Source: Deltaproteobacteria bacterium
GTDB taxonomy: Bacteria > Desulfobacterota > Binatia > UBA12015
Reading direction: 5' to 3'
DNA length: 33,793 nt
Assembly: GCA_046583355.1 (NCBI GenBank)
Contig: JAYGCM010000011.1
Coordinates: 1-33,793, forward strand
Shown in pieces: positions 1-8,881 of the stretch (position 1 is its first letter; every line of letters starts with the position of its first letter). Under the pieces are notes generated by a model. It had not been told where the DNA came from. It made no database searches and worked only from the letters and a program-made list of their open reading frames with translations. Both the position numbers and the translations under genes were made by a program.

Positions 1-208
1 CGAGGCCCAAGCCGCCGCAGGACTCCGGCAAAAGGATGCCCTGCCAGCCGAGGCCGGCCATTTCCTTCCATACGTCAGGCTCGAAGCCGAGCTCATCGCC
101 CGCGTCGCGCAAGGCGCGCATCCGCGAAATCGGCGAGCGTCGGGTGATGAAATCAGCGGCACTATCGCGCAGCAGCATCTGTTCTTCGTTGAGGACGAGA
201 GGTTCCAT
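1..208 (-). CDS. acyl-CoA dehydrogenase family protein, N-terminal part (runs off the window edge)
   Basis: Not in the ORF track. Manual translation from ATG at 208 gives MEPLVLNEEQMLLRDSAADFITRRSPISRMRALRDAGDELGFEPDVWKEMAGLGWQGILLPESCGGLGL, a typical ACAD N-terminus (EEQxxLRD ... LGWxGxxxPExxGG). AGAAGGA RBS lies upstream. Confidence 0.9.
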   Translation of the reverse strand, partial: MEPLVLNEEQMLLRDSAADFITRRSPISRMRALRDAGDELGFEPDVWKEMAGLGWQGILLPESCGGLGL

Positions 209-219
209 AATTTCCTTCT

Positions 220-864
220 TCAGACTTGAGGATCCGGATGCGATGCGAAGCAGCTGGCGATGGCAGTGCAGTCGCTGATAGTGGCTACCATCGGCAGAGA
301 ATGTTGCAGCATCGCCACGCCGAATTCCGGCGGTATGGCGACCGTGCCATCGCGCGGCACGACAACTTGATAGCCGCGATTCACGGCCTCGATGGCGCTG
401 CCGATAATCGCGATATTCAGGCTCGCGCCCAGCAGGATGACGGTTTTTACGCCTAGATTGCGCAGCAGCGAGTCGAGTTCCGTGCCATGGAAGAGCGAGA
501 CGCCGTGGAGGCGGGGTACGAGATAATCATTCGGCTCGGGGCCGAATTCCGCGATGAGTTCGGCGTTCTTCGAGCCCGGTAGCAATCCTTCTCCGGGCGC
601 CTTTCTGGCCAGAGCGAGGAGAAGGCAATTCGCCGTCTGACCGCCGCGGTCGGCGCGGCGGTGGGCCAGTCCATGCAGCACAGGCGCTCCTGCCTTGCGC
701 GCCGCCTCGAGTACACGCTGGCCGTTGGCGATCAGGCCGCTGTCGCGCACGGCATCGACCAAGGCCGGGAAGAGAGCCTGTTCGCCGATCACGCCGCGCT
801 GGCATTCGACTGTAATGACGGCCGTCGTTGCAGGGGCGAGCAGTCTGGCGAGGTCCACCGGCAT
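220..864 (-). CDS. isochorismatase / cysteine hydrolase family protein
   Basis: TTAVITVECQRG, SLFHGTELDSLLRNLGVKTVILLG and AVNRGYQVVVPRDG match the isochorismatase fold pattern; 214 aa. Confidence 0.85.
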   Translation of the reverse strand: MPVDLARLLAPATTAVITVECQRGVIGEQALFPALVDAVRDSGLIANGQRVLEAARKAGAPVLHGLAHRRADRGGQTANCLLLALARKAPGEGLLPGSKNAELIAEFGPEPNDYLVPRLHGVSLFHGTELDSLLRNLGVKTVILLGASLNIAIIGSAIEAVNRGYQVVVPRDGTVAIPPEFGVAMLQHSLPMVATISDCTAIASCFASHPDPQV

Positions 865-905
865 GGTCTCGGACTAGCCTCTGCCGCGCGTCCTTGCCAA
901 CCGAA

Positions 906-3272
906 TTAAGGGTGCAATTCGATCTCGCTGATCTTTGCGGCTTCGATATCGTCACGGCAATAGGGCGCATCCACCCAGCCCTTGGCCGCGTAGAGGCGCG
1001 TCATATCGGCGAAATGCGGCGACGCGGGGTCGGTCGATTGGGAGTAGGTGAGCAGTGCCGAGGCATCCGGGCATTCGTTCTCATCCCAGGTGACAACCTG
1101 AATATAGCTGTTGCCAGCGCGAATCTCGGAGAGGCCTTCGCCTGCGTGGAAGCGCGGGCTGATCACGCTGAACATGGAGGCACCCGAGCCGCCGTGGATG
1201 GGGATACGCTCGTCGCCGACCTTGCGGAATTGCACCTCGCCCCAGGGGCGATCGGCCGGGATGCCGCGATCCTGGAGTTCGTCGACGGTGGCACCGAAGA
1301 TATTGAGGATCGCCGCGGCGACAGCCGGGTCCTCGAGGTTCACGCCGCGCGGCGTATAGACGGAGTCGTCCGCATCGAAAGGAATCACCCAGAGGTCATT
1401 GATGCGTTGTGCGTCGTTCCAGAATTCCTGGAAGAAATAGGGCCCGATACTCTCGCTATTGAAGAGGCCATCCCAATTGCCCAGGACTTCGCAGGCGAGC
1501 CCGGCGGCGGCGTCGTTTGCGGTGAAGGGCGACCAATCCGTAACCGACTCGCAAAGCTGGACCGTCTCGGCGCGGATCAGTTCGGCGCCCAGGTTGCGGT
1601 TCGCGAACATCAGGGTGCGCAGCTGCGCGGCGTCGATACCGCCGGCTCCCATGCCATCGGTTCCGGCGAGCCGTTCTTCGGCCTGAACAAAGGCCTGGCG
1701 TGTACGGATGCTTTGCTCGACGCGCTCGCTGCCTATCACCGGCGAATAGCCCTCAAGGAGATGGTCCGGGTTGGACAGCCAATAGCTGTCGTTGGAGTTG
1801 GCGCTATAGCTTGTTGTCTCGAGTTTCGGCAGATATTTACGGCCGAGGAGTCCGGCGGGCGCATCGTCGTCCGAGCCCCATTCGCATTCGCTGCGCGAGC
1901 CGTTCAATGCCGGGAAACCCTGGGCGGTCAGCAGGCCGGTGAGCGGAGTATCGCTGCATGCGGCGAGTTTCTCGCTTGTGACATGAGGCATGGCCCCGAT
2001 ATCGGCGTAGAGCGCGTTGCCGTCGCGGTCGGCCGCAATCGTATTCACCCAGGGAATGCCGAGCTCATAGGTGGCCTCGACCAACTCCTCGATCGTATTG
2101 GCGCGGCCGATGCTGAGCCATTGGGCGATGGCGCGGGTATTGTCGAAATTGGCATCGCGGATGGTGAGCAGGGTGCCGAAGGCCGTGGGCCAGCCGCCGA
2201 CCGCCGGTTCGAGCACAACGAGATCAACGATCGGGCCGAAATGACTCTCGTAGATCGTATCAAAGCGGGTCTCGAGCGTGCCGTCGGGTAGCAGGATTTT
2301 GGCGGAGACGGGGATGGCCCGGATATCACGCACCTCGCCGTCGTAGATATATTTCATCGGGTCTTCGGTGATCTGCAACTCGAAGAAGGTGAAGCGTGTG
2401 GCGGTGGAAACGGTATGCGACCAGGCGATATTTTCGTTGAAGCCGATATTGATCAGAGGGACGCCGTGCAGCGAGGCGCCGAAGACATCGTATTCACCGG
2501 GGATGGTGAGGTGGGCCATGTAGAAGCGCGACGAGCCGGTCCACGGGAAATGGGGGTTGCCGAGCAGGAGTCCGCTGCCACTGGTGGTCGCGTCGCGGCC
2601 GAAGGCGTAGGCGTTGCTGCCGATTTCGGTGACCGGTGCAAAGCCCAGGTCGGCGGCGGTGATGGCAAAGCTACGCGGCATACGCGGTCGCGCCGCTGCC
2701 TGGGCGGCATCGGGCGCTTCGGCGGCCATGATGGCGGGCGTCAGCGGATCGATGCCGGCGCGCAGGATCAGCTTGCGATAGACCTTGGCGAGATCGAGTG
2801 GGCTGATCGGTCGGGCCCATGGCGCGTCGCGGCAGCCCTCGTCGCCTTCGGCGAGGTTCTCGACACCGGTCTCTTCGAGGTAGAGGTTGACTCCGGCGGC
2901 GTAGCCTTCGACCAGATCCGTGAGTTCAGCGGCGGCAGCCGGCAGGAACTCGCTCTCTATATACTCGTCGCGGTTATAATGGCTCCAGACGAAATCCGCC
3001 TCGAGGTTGCCCTCGTCGCCGAGAAACTCAGCGGAGCGGCCACCTGCGCGGACAATTTCCTTCATCAGCACGCAGAAATTATCTTGCGCATAGGCGTAAC
3101 CGTAGCCGTAGCCGAGGCTGCGCCAATTTTTCGCTGTCACATGCGGGATGCCGTATTCGGTTCGTACGATACGGACGCTATCATCGACGTCGCTGGAGCC
3201 GGAACATGCGGCCACGGTGAGAAGAGCGGTGGCGGCAATGGCGCCGAGAATTCGCGTGCGAAGGATCTGCAT
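906..3272 (-). CDS. Ntn-hydrolase acylase (penicillin amidase family; PvdQ/QuiP AHL-acylase-like), probable lipoprotein
   Basis: YGIPHV, GYGYGYAYAQDN, beta-chain start GSNAYA, LLLGNPHFPW, AWSHTVS and YSQSTDPASPHFAD; lipobox-like TVAAC. Confidence 0.9.
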   Translation of the reverse strand: MQILRTRILGAIAATALLTVAACSGSSDVDDSVRIVRTEYGIPHVTAKNWRSLGYGYGYAYAQDNFCVLMKEIVRAGGRSAEFLGDEGNLEADFVWSHYNRDEYIESEFLPAAAAELTDLVEGYAAGVNLYLEETGVENLAEGDEGCRDAPWARPISPLDLAKVYRKLILRAGIDPLTPAIMAAEAPDAAQAAARPRMPRSFAITAADLGFAPVTEIGSNAYAFGRDATTSGSGLLLGNPHFPWTGSSRFYMAHLTIPGEYDVFGASLHGVPLINIGFNENIAWSHTVSTATRFTFFELQITEDPMKYIYDGEVRDIRAIPVSAKILLPDGTLETRFDTIYESHFGPIVDLVVLEPAVGGWPTAFGTLLTIRDANFDNTRAIAQWLSIGRANTIEELVEATYELGIPWVNTIAADRDGNALYADIGAMPHVTSEKLAACSDTPLTGLLTAQGFPALNGSRSECEWGSDDDAPAGLLGRKYLPKLETTSYSANSNDSYWLSNPDHLLEGYSPVIGSERVEQSIRTRQAFVQAEERLAGTDGMGAGGIDAAQLRTLMFANRNLGAELIRAETVQLCESVTDWSPFTANDAAAGLACEVLGNWDGLFNSESIGPYFFQEFWNDAQRINDLWVIPFDADDSVYTPRGVNLEDPAVAAAILNIFGATVDELQDRGIPADRPWGEVQFRKVGDERIPIHGGSGASMFSVISPRFHAGEGLSEIRAGNSYIQVVTWDENECPDASALLTYSQSTDPASPHFADMTRLYAAKGWVDAPYCRDDIEAAKISEIELHP

Positions 3273-3320
3273 GCGGAGACGAAACTACACTCCCGCCAAC
3301 CATGCAATCGGATTCCCGTT

Positions 3321-4520
3321 TCAGTCGGGCAGGCCGAGCACCCGCTTGGCGATGATATTGAGTTGCACCTCGGAGGTGCCGCCTTCGATCGAGTTGCCGC
3401 GCGAGCGCAGCCAGGCGCGGGCGGTTGTGAGTTCGCGCTCGTCGAAGCCCTCACCCTCCCAGCCGAGGCTTTGCGGCCCGGCGATTTTCATCTCAAGCTC
3501 GTTGCGCCGCATATTGATCTCGGTACCGTGCAGCTTGAAGAACGAGGTCTCGGCGCCGGGCTTATGCCCTGCCTTCATGCTGTCGCGCGAGCGCAGCATG
3601 GTGAGCTCAAAGGCGCGCTGGTCCATCTCGCCGGCGGCGATGCGGTCGCGCAGAAGAGCATCGGCCACCTGGCCGTTCTCTTCGCCGCTGTAGCGCTTGG
3701 CACGGTCGGCCATGCTCTCGCGCTTTCCTCCTCCGCCACCGGAGCCGGTGCCGAAGCCGGCAATCATTGTGCGCTCGTGGCCGAGCAGCGCCTTGGCGAG
3801 CCGCCAGCCGTCGTTCTCGGTGCCGACCAGATTTCCCGCCGGGACACGGACATCGGCGAGGAAGGTCTCGCAGAAGGGCGAGTAGCCACTGATCAGGGCG
3901 ATCGGCTTTGCCTCGACGCCGGGGCTCGCCATATTCATCAGCAGGAAGCTGATGCCGGTATGCTTGGAGGCGTCCGGGTCGGTGCGCACGAGGAGAAACA
4001 TCCAATCGGCCTGGTCGGCGTAGGAGGTCCAGACCTTCTGGCCGTTGAGCACGAAATCGTCGCCGTCGCGGACCGCGCGGGTGCGCAAGCTGGCGAGGTC
4101 CGAGCCGGAGCCGGGCTCGGAGTAGCCCTGGCACCAGCGGATTTCGCCGCGGACGATCTTCGGCAGGTGCTCGGCGCAGAGCTCCTCGCTGCCTTCTTGC
4201 AGCAGCAACATGCCGATCATGCTGAGGCCGAAACCGACCAAGGGCGGCCGCAGGCGGCGCTTGCGCATCTCTTCGGCGAGGATTTTCTGCTCTTCCTTGT
4301 CGAGGCCGCCGCCGCCGTATTTGGTCGGCCAAGCCGGTGCGGTCCAGCCCTTGGCGGCCATCCGGTCGAGCCATTCTTTCTCGCCGGGCTCGGCGAAGTC
4401 GTATTTGGCGCCGCCCCAACACAGATCGTCGGTGTCTTTGAAGGGCGTTTTGGCAAACTCGGGTGCGTTGGCATCAAGCCAGGCACCGGTTTCACTGCGG
4501 AAGGTCTCAAGATCGGCCAT
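3321..4520 (-). CDS. acyl-CoA dehydrogenase
   Basis: WCQGYSEPGSGSDLASLRTRA, NGQKVWTS, KHTGISFLL and C-terminal SIEGGTSEVQLNIIA; GGAG RBS. Confidence 0.95.
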   Translation of the reverse strand: MADLETFRSETGAWLDANAPEFAKTPFKDTDDLCWGGAKYDFAEPGEKEWLDRMAAKGWTAPAWPTKYGGGGLDKEEQKILAEEMRKRRLRPPLVGFGLSMIGMLLLQEGSEELCAEHLPKIVRGEIRWCQGYSEPGSGSDLASLRTRAVRDGDDFVLNGQKVWTSYADQADWMFLLVRTDPDASKHTGISFLLMNMASPGVEAKPIALISGYSPFCETFLADVRVPAGNLVGTENDGWRLAKALLGHERTMIAGFGTGSGGGGGKRESMADRAKRYSGEENGQVADALLRDRIAAGEMDQRAFELTMLRSRDSMKAGHKPGAETSFFKLHGTEINMRRNELEMKIAGPQSLGWEGEGFDERELTTARAWLRSRGNSIEGGTSEVQLNIIAKRVLGLPD

Positions 4521-4610
4521 GTCTCACTCCGCCCATAGAACCCATCGGGAATCCAGCCGGTGCTTGGCTCGGCCCTTGTGGGAAGGCCACTGACGAGGCA
4601 GATTCACGGC

Positions 4611-6050
4611 GTGAGTAATTCTGCCAGTCATCTTCTCGGGATCGACGAAGGCACGACCGGCGTGCGCGCTGTCGTGACCGATCCTTCGGGCACCATTCAG
4701 GCACAGGCCTACGCGAAAATTCCGGCGGTCTACCCGCAGCCTGGCTGGGTCGAGCACCATGGCGAGACGCTCTGGCAGACGACGCGTGCGGTGATCGAGC
4801 GTGCGCTGGGCTTGGCGGGGCTGGAAGCGGCCGATATCGCGGCAATCGGCATTGCCAATCAACGCGGCTCGGCGGTCGCGTTCGACCCGCGCGGTCACCC
4901 GGTCGGGCCGGTGATCGGCTGGCAGGATCAGCGCACCAGCGCGCGTTGCGTGGAGCTATTCGACGAAGGGCTCTTCGTGATTCCGAATACGGCTGCCTCG
5001 AAATACGAATGGCTTTTGCAGAACCACGCCCGAGGGCGTCGTGATATTCGGCTCGGCACAGTGGACGCCTATCTCGCCTGCCGTCTCTCGGCGGGTTCGG
5101 TTTTTGCGAGTGACCATTCCAATTATTCGGTGAGCGGCCTCTACGATCTCTTTGCCGGGACCGTCGATCTGAAAACCGCGGCCGTGCTCGGCATCGAGCC
5201 TGGGAATCTGCCGGCGCTGGTGGATACCAGTGGCGTGATCGGGGAGACCGACCGCACGGCTTTCGGCGCCTGTGTGCCGATTGCGGCTCTGGCCGGGGAT
5301 CAGCATGCAGCGATGTACGCACAGGCGGCACATGCGAAAAATGCCATCGAGCTTGAGCTGGGCACTTCCGGCATGGTCAAGCGAAATGAAGGCAAGGCGC
5401 TTGGCGAGTCTCCGGCGGGCTCCTACCCTCTGGTGCTCTGGTCCTTCGATGGAGAACGTACCTTCTGCGTCGAATCTCCTGTGCTCACCGCGGGTGCCGC
5501 GGCGGCCTGGTTGTGTGAGGGGCTCGGGATCATTTCGGATGTGACGAAGCTCGAGAGTCTGGCGCGTAGCGTCTCGAACTCCGATGGCGTCTGGGTGGTG
5601 CCGGCGTTTGCCGGACTCGGTGGCCCGCATCTCGAATTGGGTGCGCGGGGCATGATCGGCGGGCTCTCGCGCGGGTCCACGCATGCGCATATTGCGCGCG
5701 CGACGCTCGAGGGAATCGCGGCGCGCTGCGGCGAGGCTGCGCTGGCGCTGGCAGAGGGCCCGCTGGATCGGCTGCGCGTAGCCGGTGGCGCGGCAAAGAA
5801 TGGCTTGCTCTTGCAGATGCTGGCCGACGTCACGGGCGCCGTAGTGGAGCGCCCGCGCGTGCTGGATCGTGCCGGAATCGGGGCGGCCCTATTGGCCGGG
5901 CGTGGGCTCGGCCTGGTGACCGATGCGCAGGTGGCCGCCTCGTGGGAGCCGTACCGCAGCTTCGAGCCTATAATCTCGGCCGATGAGCGCGGTGCCCGCC
6001 AGGAGGTCTGGAGCCGCCGCATTGCTCTGGTTCGCTCGGCGGTCGGGTAA
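4611..6050 (+). CDS. FGGY-family carbohydrate kinase (glycerol kinase-like)
   Basis: GIDEGTTGVRA, PQPGWVEH, IGIANQRG, WQDQRT, AGDQHAA, VPAFAGLGGP and HIARATLEGIA. Start placed at GTG 4611 (the ORF track starts at 4560). Confidence 0.9.
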   Translation: MSNSASHLLGIDEGTTGVRAVVTDPSGTIQAQAYAKIPAVYPQPGWVEHHGETLWQTTRAVIERALGLAGLEAADIAAIGIANQRGSAVAFDPRGHPVGPVIGWQDQRTSARCVELFDEGLFVIPNTAASKYEWLLQNHARGRRDIRLGTVDAYLACRLSAGSVFASDHSNYSVSGLYDLFAGTVDLKTAAVLGIEPGNLPALVDTSGVIGETDRTAFGACVPIAALAGDQHAAMYAQAAHAKNAIELELGTSGMVKRNEGKALGESPAGSYPLVLWSFDGERTFCVESPVLTAGAAAAWLCEGLGIISDVTKLESLARSVSNSDGVWVVPAFAGLGGPHLELGARGMIGGLSRGSTHAHIARATLEGIAARCGEAALALAEGPLDRLRVAGGAAKNGLLLQMLADVTGAVVERPRVLDRAGIGAALLAGRGLGLVTDAQVAASWEPYRSFEPIISADERGARQEVWSRRIALVRSAVG

Positions 6051-6267
6051 GCCCGGCCTGCCTCATTCTCTCTGCGGATCGCGATCCAGCATGGTGCGAA
6101 GTGCTGCTCTATGAGACCAGAATTTTCGCGCACCGCCCTCAACTTTTGCACGGTTCATACCGATAGGCGGGGTAGAGGCCGGATCCGGCGGGATCTCACG
6201 CGGGCACGCGCCGAACCAGCTTCCAGGTGGCGGTCGGTCATGCCGGGCCCGGTACCGCTGACGAACA

Positions 6268-6420
6268 ATGCGAAAGCTCTTTTATGGAATTGTGATCGGC
6301 GCGGCCGGCATGTACTTCTACCTGGTTCATGGTCACCAGGTGGATACGGCTCTCGACACACTCCTCTCGTGGCGTAATGGCGCGAAGCAATCCGTCTACG
6401 GCTACGGCGGCTCGCGCTAG
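6268..6420 (+). CDS. small hypothetical membrane protein, 50 aa
   Basis: Below the ORF-track cutoff. MRKLFYGIVIGAAGMYFYLVHGHQVDTALDTLLSWRNGAKQSVYGYGGSR has a basic N-terminus plus a hydrophobic helix and occupies part of an otherwise unexplained ~430-bp gap. Confidence 0.6.
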   Translation: MRKLFYGIVIGAAGMYFYLVHGHQVDTALDTLLSWRNGAKQSVYGYGGSR

Positions 6421-6478
6421 AGGTGCGGCCGCAAACCAGAGCTTGGTCCGAAGGTAGGCCCGGTTTCGGGTGGGCCCT

Positions 6479-7426
6479 CTAGGCGTCTTCGCTGAGGTGC
6501 TCGCTCGCGAGTCGGCGCAGCAGAGCTTCGCAATCTTCGGCGCATTCGCGGAGAATTTCGGCGACCGGCCGGATGGAGTCGATGCGTCCGGCCACTTGCC
6601 CGGTGAGCGCAATCGAAGCATTCATATCGCCGCCGAAATAGAGGTCCTGAATCCCCGCGGCCAACTCCATGGCATTGCGGCTTTCGTCGCCACGGAAGCC
6701 GAGCGTGGTCTCGGTGGCCAGGACACGCAGGGCGGGCGAGGTATGCTCGTTGAGCAGGATCGTGTCGGTCTCGGCCGCATTGACGATACTCTGCTTCCAA
6801 TTGTCGTGGATGGGAGACTCGGCCGCCGAGACCATCCGGGTTCCCATCTGGATGCCCTCCGCACCGAGCGCGAAGGCGGCTGCCATCGTGCGGCCGTCCA
6901 GCATGCCGCCGGCGGCGATGATCGGTACATCGACTTTGCTGGCAATCAGCGGCAGCAATACCATCGAGGAGACCGGGCGGGGGTTTTTGAAACCACCCCC
7001 TTCGCCGCCCTCGACGATCAGGCCGTCGACGCCGGCCTCGATTGCCTTGAGCGCACCGGCCAGTGTCGGCACGACGTGGAAGACCGTCAGCCCGGCGGCC
7101 TTGAGCTTCGGCGCAAATTTATGAGGGTTCCCGGCCGAGGTCGTCACGAAGTCCACACCCGAGTCAATAATGAAATCGACGATGGAGGGGTCGCGAACGA
7201 AGGCCTGGGCGATATTCACGCCGAAGGGCTTGTCGGTGAGATCCGCCATCTTGTGGATCTCCTCCTGGATGGCGGCGGTATCTCCCGAAGAGGTTTCGAT
7301 GATGCCCATGCCGCCGGCGTTCGAGACCGCCGAGGCGAGCGGCGCGCGTGCGATCCAGCCCATCGGGGCTTGCACGATAGGAAGCTCGACGCCGAGCATT
7401 GCGGTGATTCGGTTCCGGATTGCCAT
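6479..7426 (-). CDS. nitronate monooxygenase / FabK-like FMN-dependent oxidoreductase
   Basis: PIVQAPMGW, AVSNAGGMG, KPFGVNI, EGGEGGG, PIIAAGG, LGAEGIQMGTR and TGQVAGRI. Confidence 0.92.
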   Translation of the reverse strand: MAIRNRITAMLGVELPIVQAPMGWIARAPLASAVSNAGGMGIIETSSGDTAAIQEEIHKMADLTDKPFGVNIAQAFVRDPSIVDFIIDSGVDFVTTSAGNPHKFAPKLKAAGLTVFHVVPTLAGALKAIEAGVDGLIVEGGEGGGFKNPRPVSSMVLLPLIASKVDVPIIAAGGMLDGRTMAAAFALGAEGIQMGTRMVSAAESPIHDNWKQSIVNAAETDTILLNEHTSPALRVLATETTLGFRGDESRNAMELAAGIQDLYFGGDMNASIALTGQVAGRIDSIRPVAEILRECAEDCEALLRRLASEHLSEDA

Positions 7427-7477
7427 CCCTTCAGCATAGGCACCGAAGCCGCGGCCGCCAAGCGCGCGGCCAACACT

Positions 7478-8881
7478 TTACTTACCTTGTCGGTAGTCGG
7501 CAGCGGTGATGCCGTACTCGGCGAGCTTCCCCTGCAGGTGCTGGCGGTACATGCCGATATCGTCGGCTGTGCGCGATATATTGCCTTCATTGCGGGCCAG
7601 AGCGTCTTCGATGAATTTCCGCTCGAAGCCTTCGATGAGCTGCTGCTTGGCCTCCTTGAACGAGAGATCGGGGTTGATTTCCGCTACGGCCGCGGCCGCT
7701 CCTGCGGTCTGGCCGACGACCGAGGGCGGGAGCTCCCCGACGTCGATCTCGGGGCCGTCGGCGAGCACGACGGATTGCTCGATGACATGCTCGAGCTCGC
7801 GCACATTGCCCTTCCATTGCGCCGACACCAGCGCCCGCATAGCAGCCGGCGAGAACGAGGCTTTGGGGCGCGCGAGTCGCACCGCAACTTTGTCGAGGAA
7901 ATGGTCGATCAGTAGCGGTAGGTCTCCCTCGCGTTCGGCCAGCGAGGGCAGCACGACGGGTACGACATTCAGTCGGTAGAAAAGGTCCTCACGGAAGCTG
8001 CCGTCTTTCACCTTGGCCTCGAGGTCCTGGTTGGTTGCGGCGATGATGCGGGTATCAATTTTCAGAGTAGCGTTGCCGCCGACTCGCTGGATCTCCTTTT
8101 CCTGCAAGGCGCGTAGAATTTTGGCTTGTGTCTCAAGAGCCATATCGCCGATCTCGTCGAGGAAGAGAGTGCCGCCATCGGCGAGTTCGAATTTGCCCTC
8201 GCGCGCCTGAACAGCGCCGGTAAACGAGCCCTTCTCGTGTCCGAAGAGTTCGCTCTCTACGAGCTCGCGTGAGAAGGCGGCGCAATTCACCTTGACCAGA
8301 GGCTTGTTGCGGCGCGGGCTGCCGAGATGGATCGCATTGGCGACCAGTTCCTTGCCGGTGCCACTAGGCCCGCGCACCAGGACCGTCAGGTCGGAATCGG
8401 CCACCTTGCGGATCACGTTGAAAACGCGCTGCATCGCCGGGCTGCGGCCGATCTGATTATCCAGCCGATAACTGCCTTCGACCTGTTCTCGCAGCAGCCG
8501 GTTTTCGCGCCGATCGGCGAGTGCCTCGAGTAGCCTTCTTACCTTGAGGACGAGTTCGTCATTATCGAAGGGCTTGGGGACGTAATCGGACGCACCGAGC
8601 TTCATGGCGTCGACGGCGGTCTTCTCCGAGCCGTAGGCCGTGATCATGATGACCGAAGTCTCGGGCGAGTTCTGGCGGATCCAGGCGAGCAGCTCCATGC
8701 CGCACATGCCCTTCATGCTCAGGTCGGTGATGACCAGGTGGTAGGGCGTTCGGCCGAGCTTCACAGTCGCGTCTTCGCCCGAGGTGCAGGTATCGACGGC
8801 GTAGCCCTCACGCGAGAGCAGGCGTTGGATGGCGATGCCGATGGCCGCCTCGTCATCAACTACCAGAATCGATTGTTTCAT
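7478..8881 (-). CDS. sigma54-dependent two-component response regulator (NtrC/AtoC family)
   Basis: Receiver domain (LVVDDE, TDLSM), Walker A GPSGTGKE, ESELFGHEKGSFTGA, LFLDEIG, FREDLFYRL and a Fis-type HTH; ATGA overlap with the kinase gene. Confidence 0.96.
   Translation of the reverse strand: MKQSILVVDDEAAIGIAIQRLLSREGYAVDTCTSGEDATVKLGRTPYHLVITDLSMKGMCGMELLAWIRQNSPETSVIMITAYGSEKTAVDAMKLGASDYVPKPFDNDELVLKVRRLLEALADRRENRLLREQVEGSYRLDNQIGRSPAMQRVFNVIRKVADSDLTVLVRGPSGTGKELVANAIHLGSPRRNKPLVKVNCAAFSRELVESELFGHEKGSFTGAVQAREGKFELADGGTLFLDEIGDMALETQAKILRALQEKEIQRVGGNATLKIDTRIIAATNQDLEAKVKDGSFREDLFYRLNVVPVVLPSLAEREGDLPLLIDHFLDKVAVRLARPKASFSPAAMRALVSAQWKGNVRELEHVIEQSVVLADGPEIDVGELPPSVVGQTAGAAAAVAEINPDLSFKEAKQQLIEGFERKFIEDALARNEGNISRTADDIGMYRQHLQGKLAEYGITAADYRQGK

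Noticed and set aside
828..4538. Long plus-strand ORFs (487 and 707 aa) and similar ones such as 6470-7915, 17667-18818, 20943-22340, 22633-23688 and 27344-28420
   Set aside because: Antisense shadows of well-supported genes in GC-rich DNA, with no recognisable motifs.
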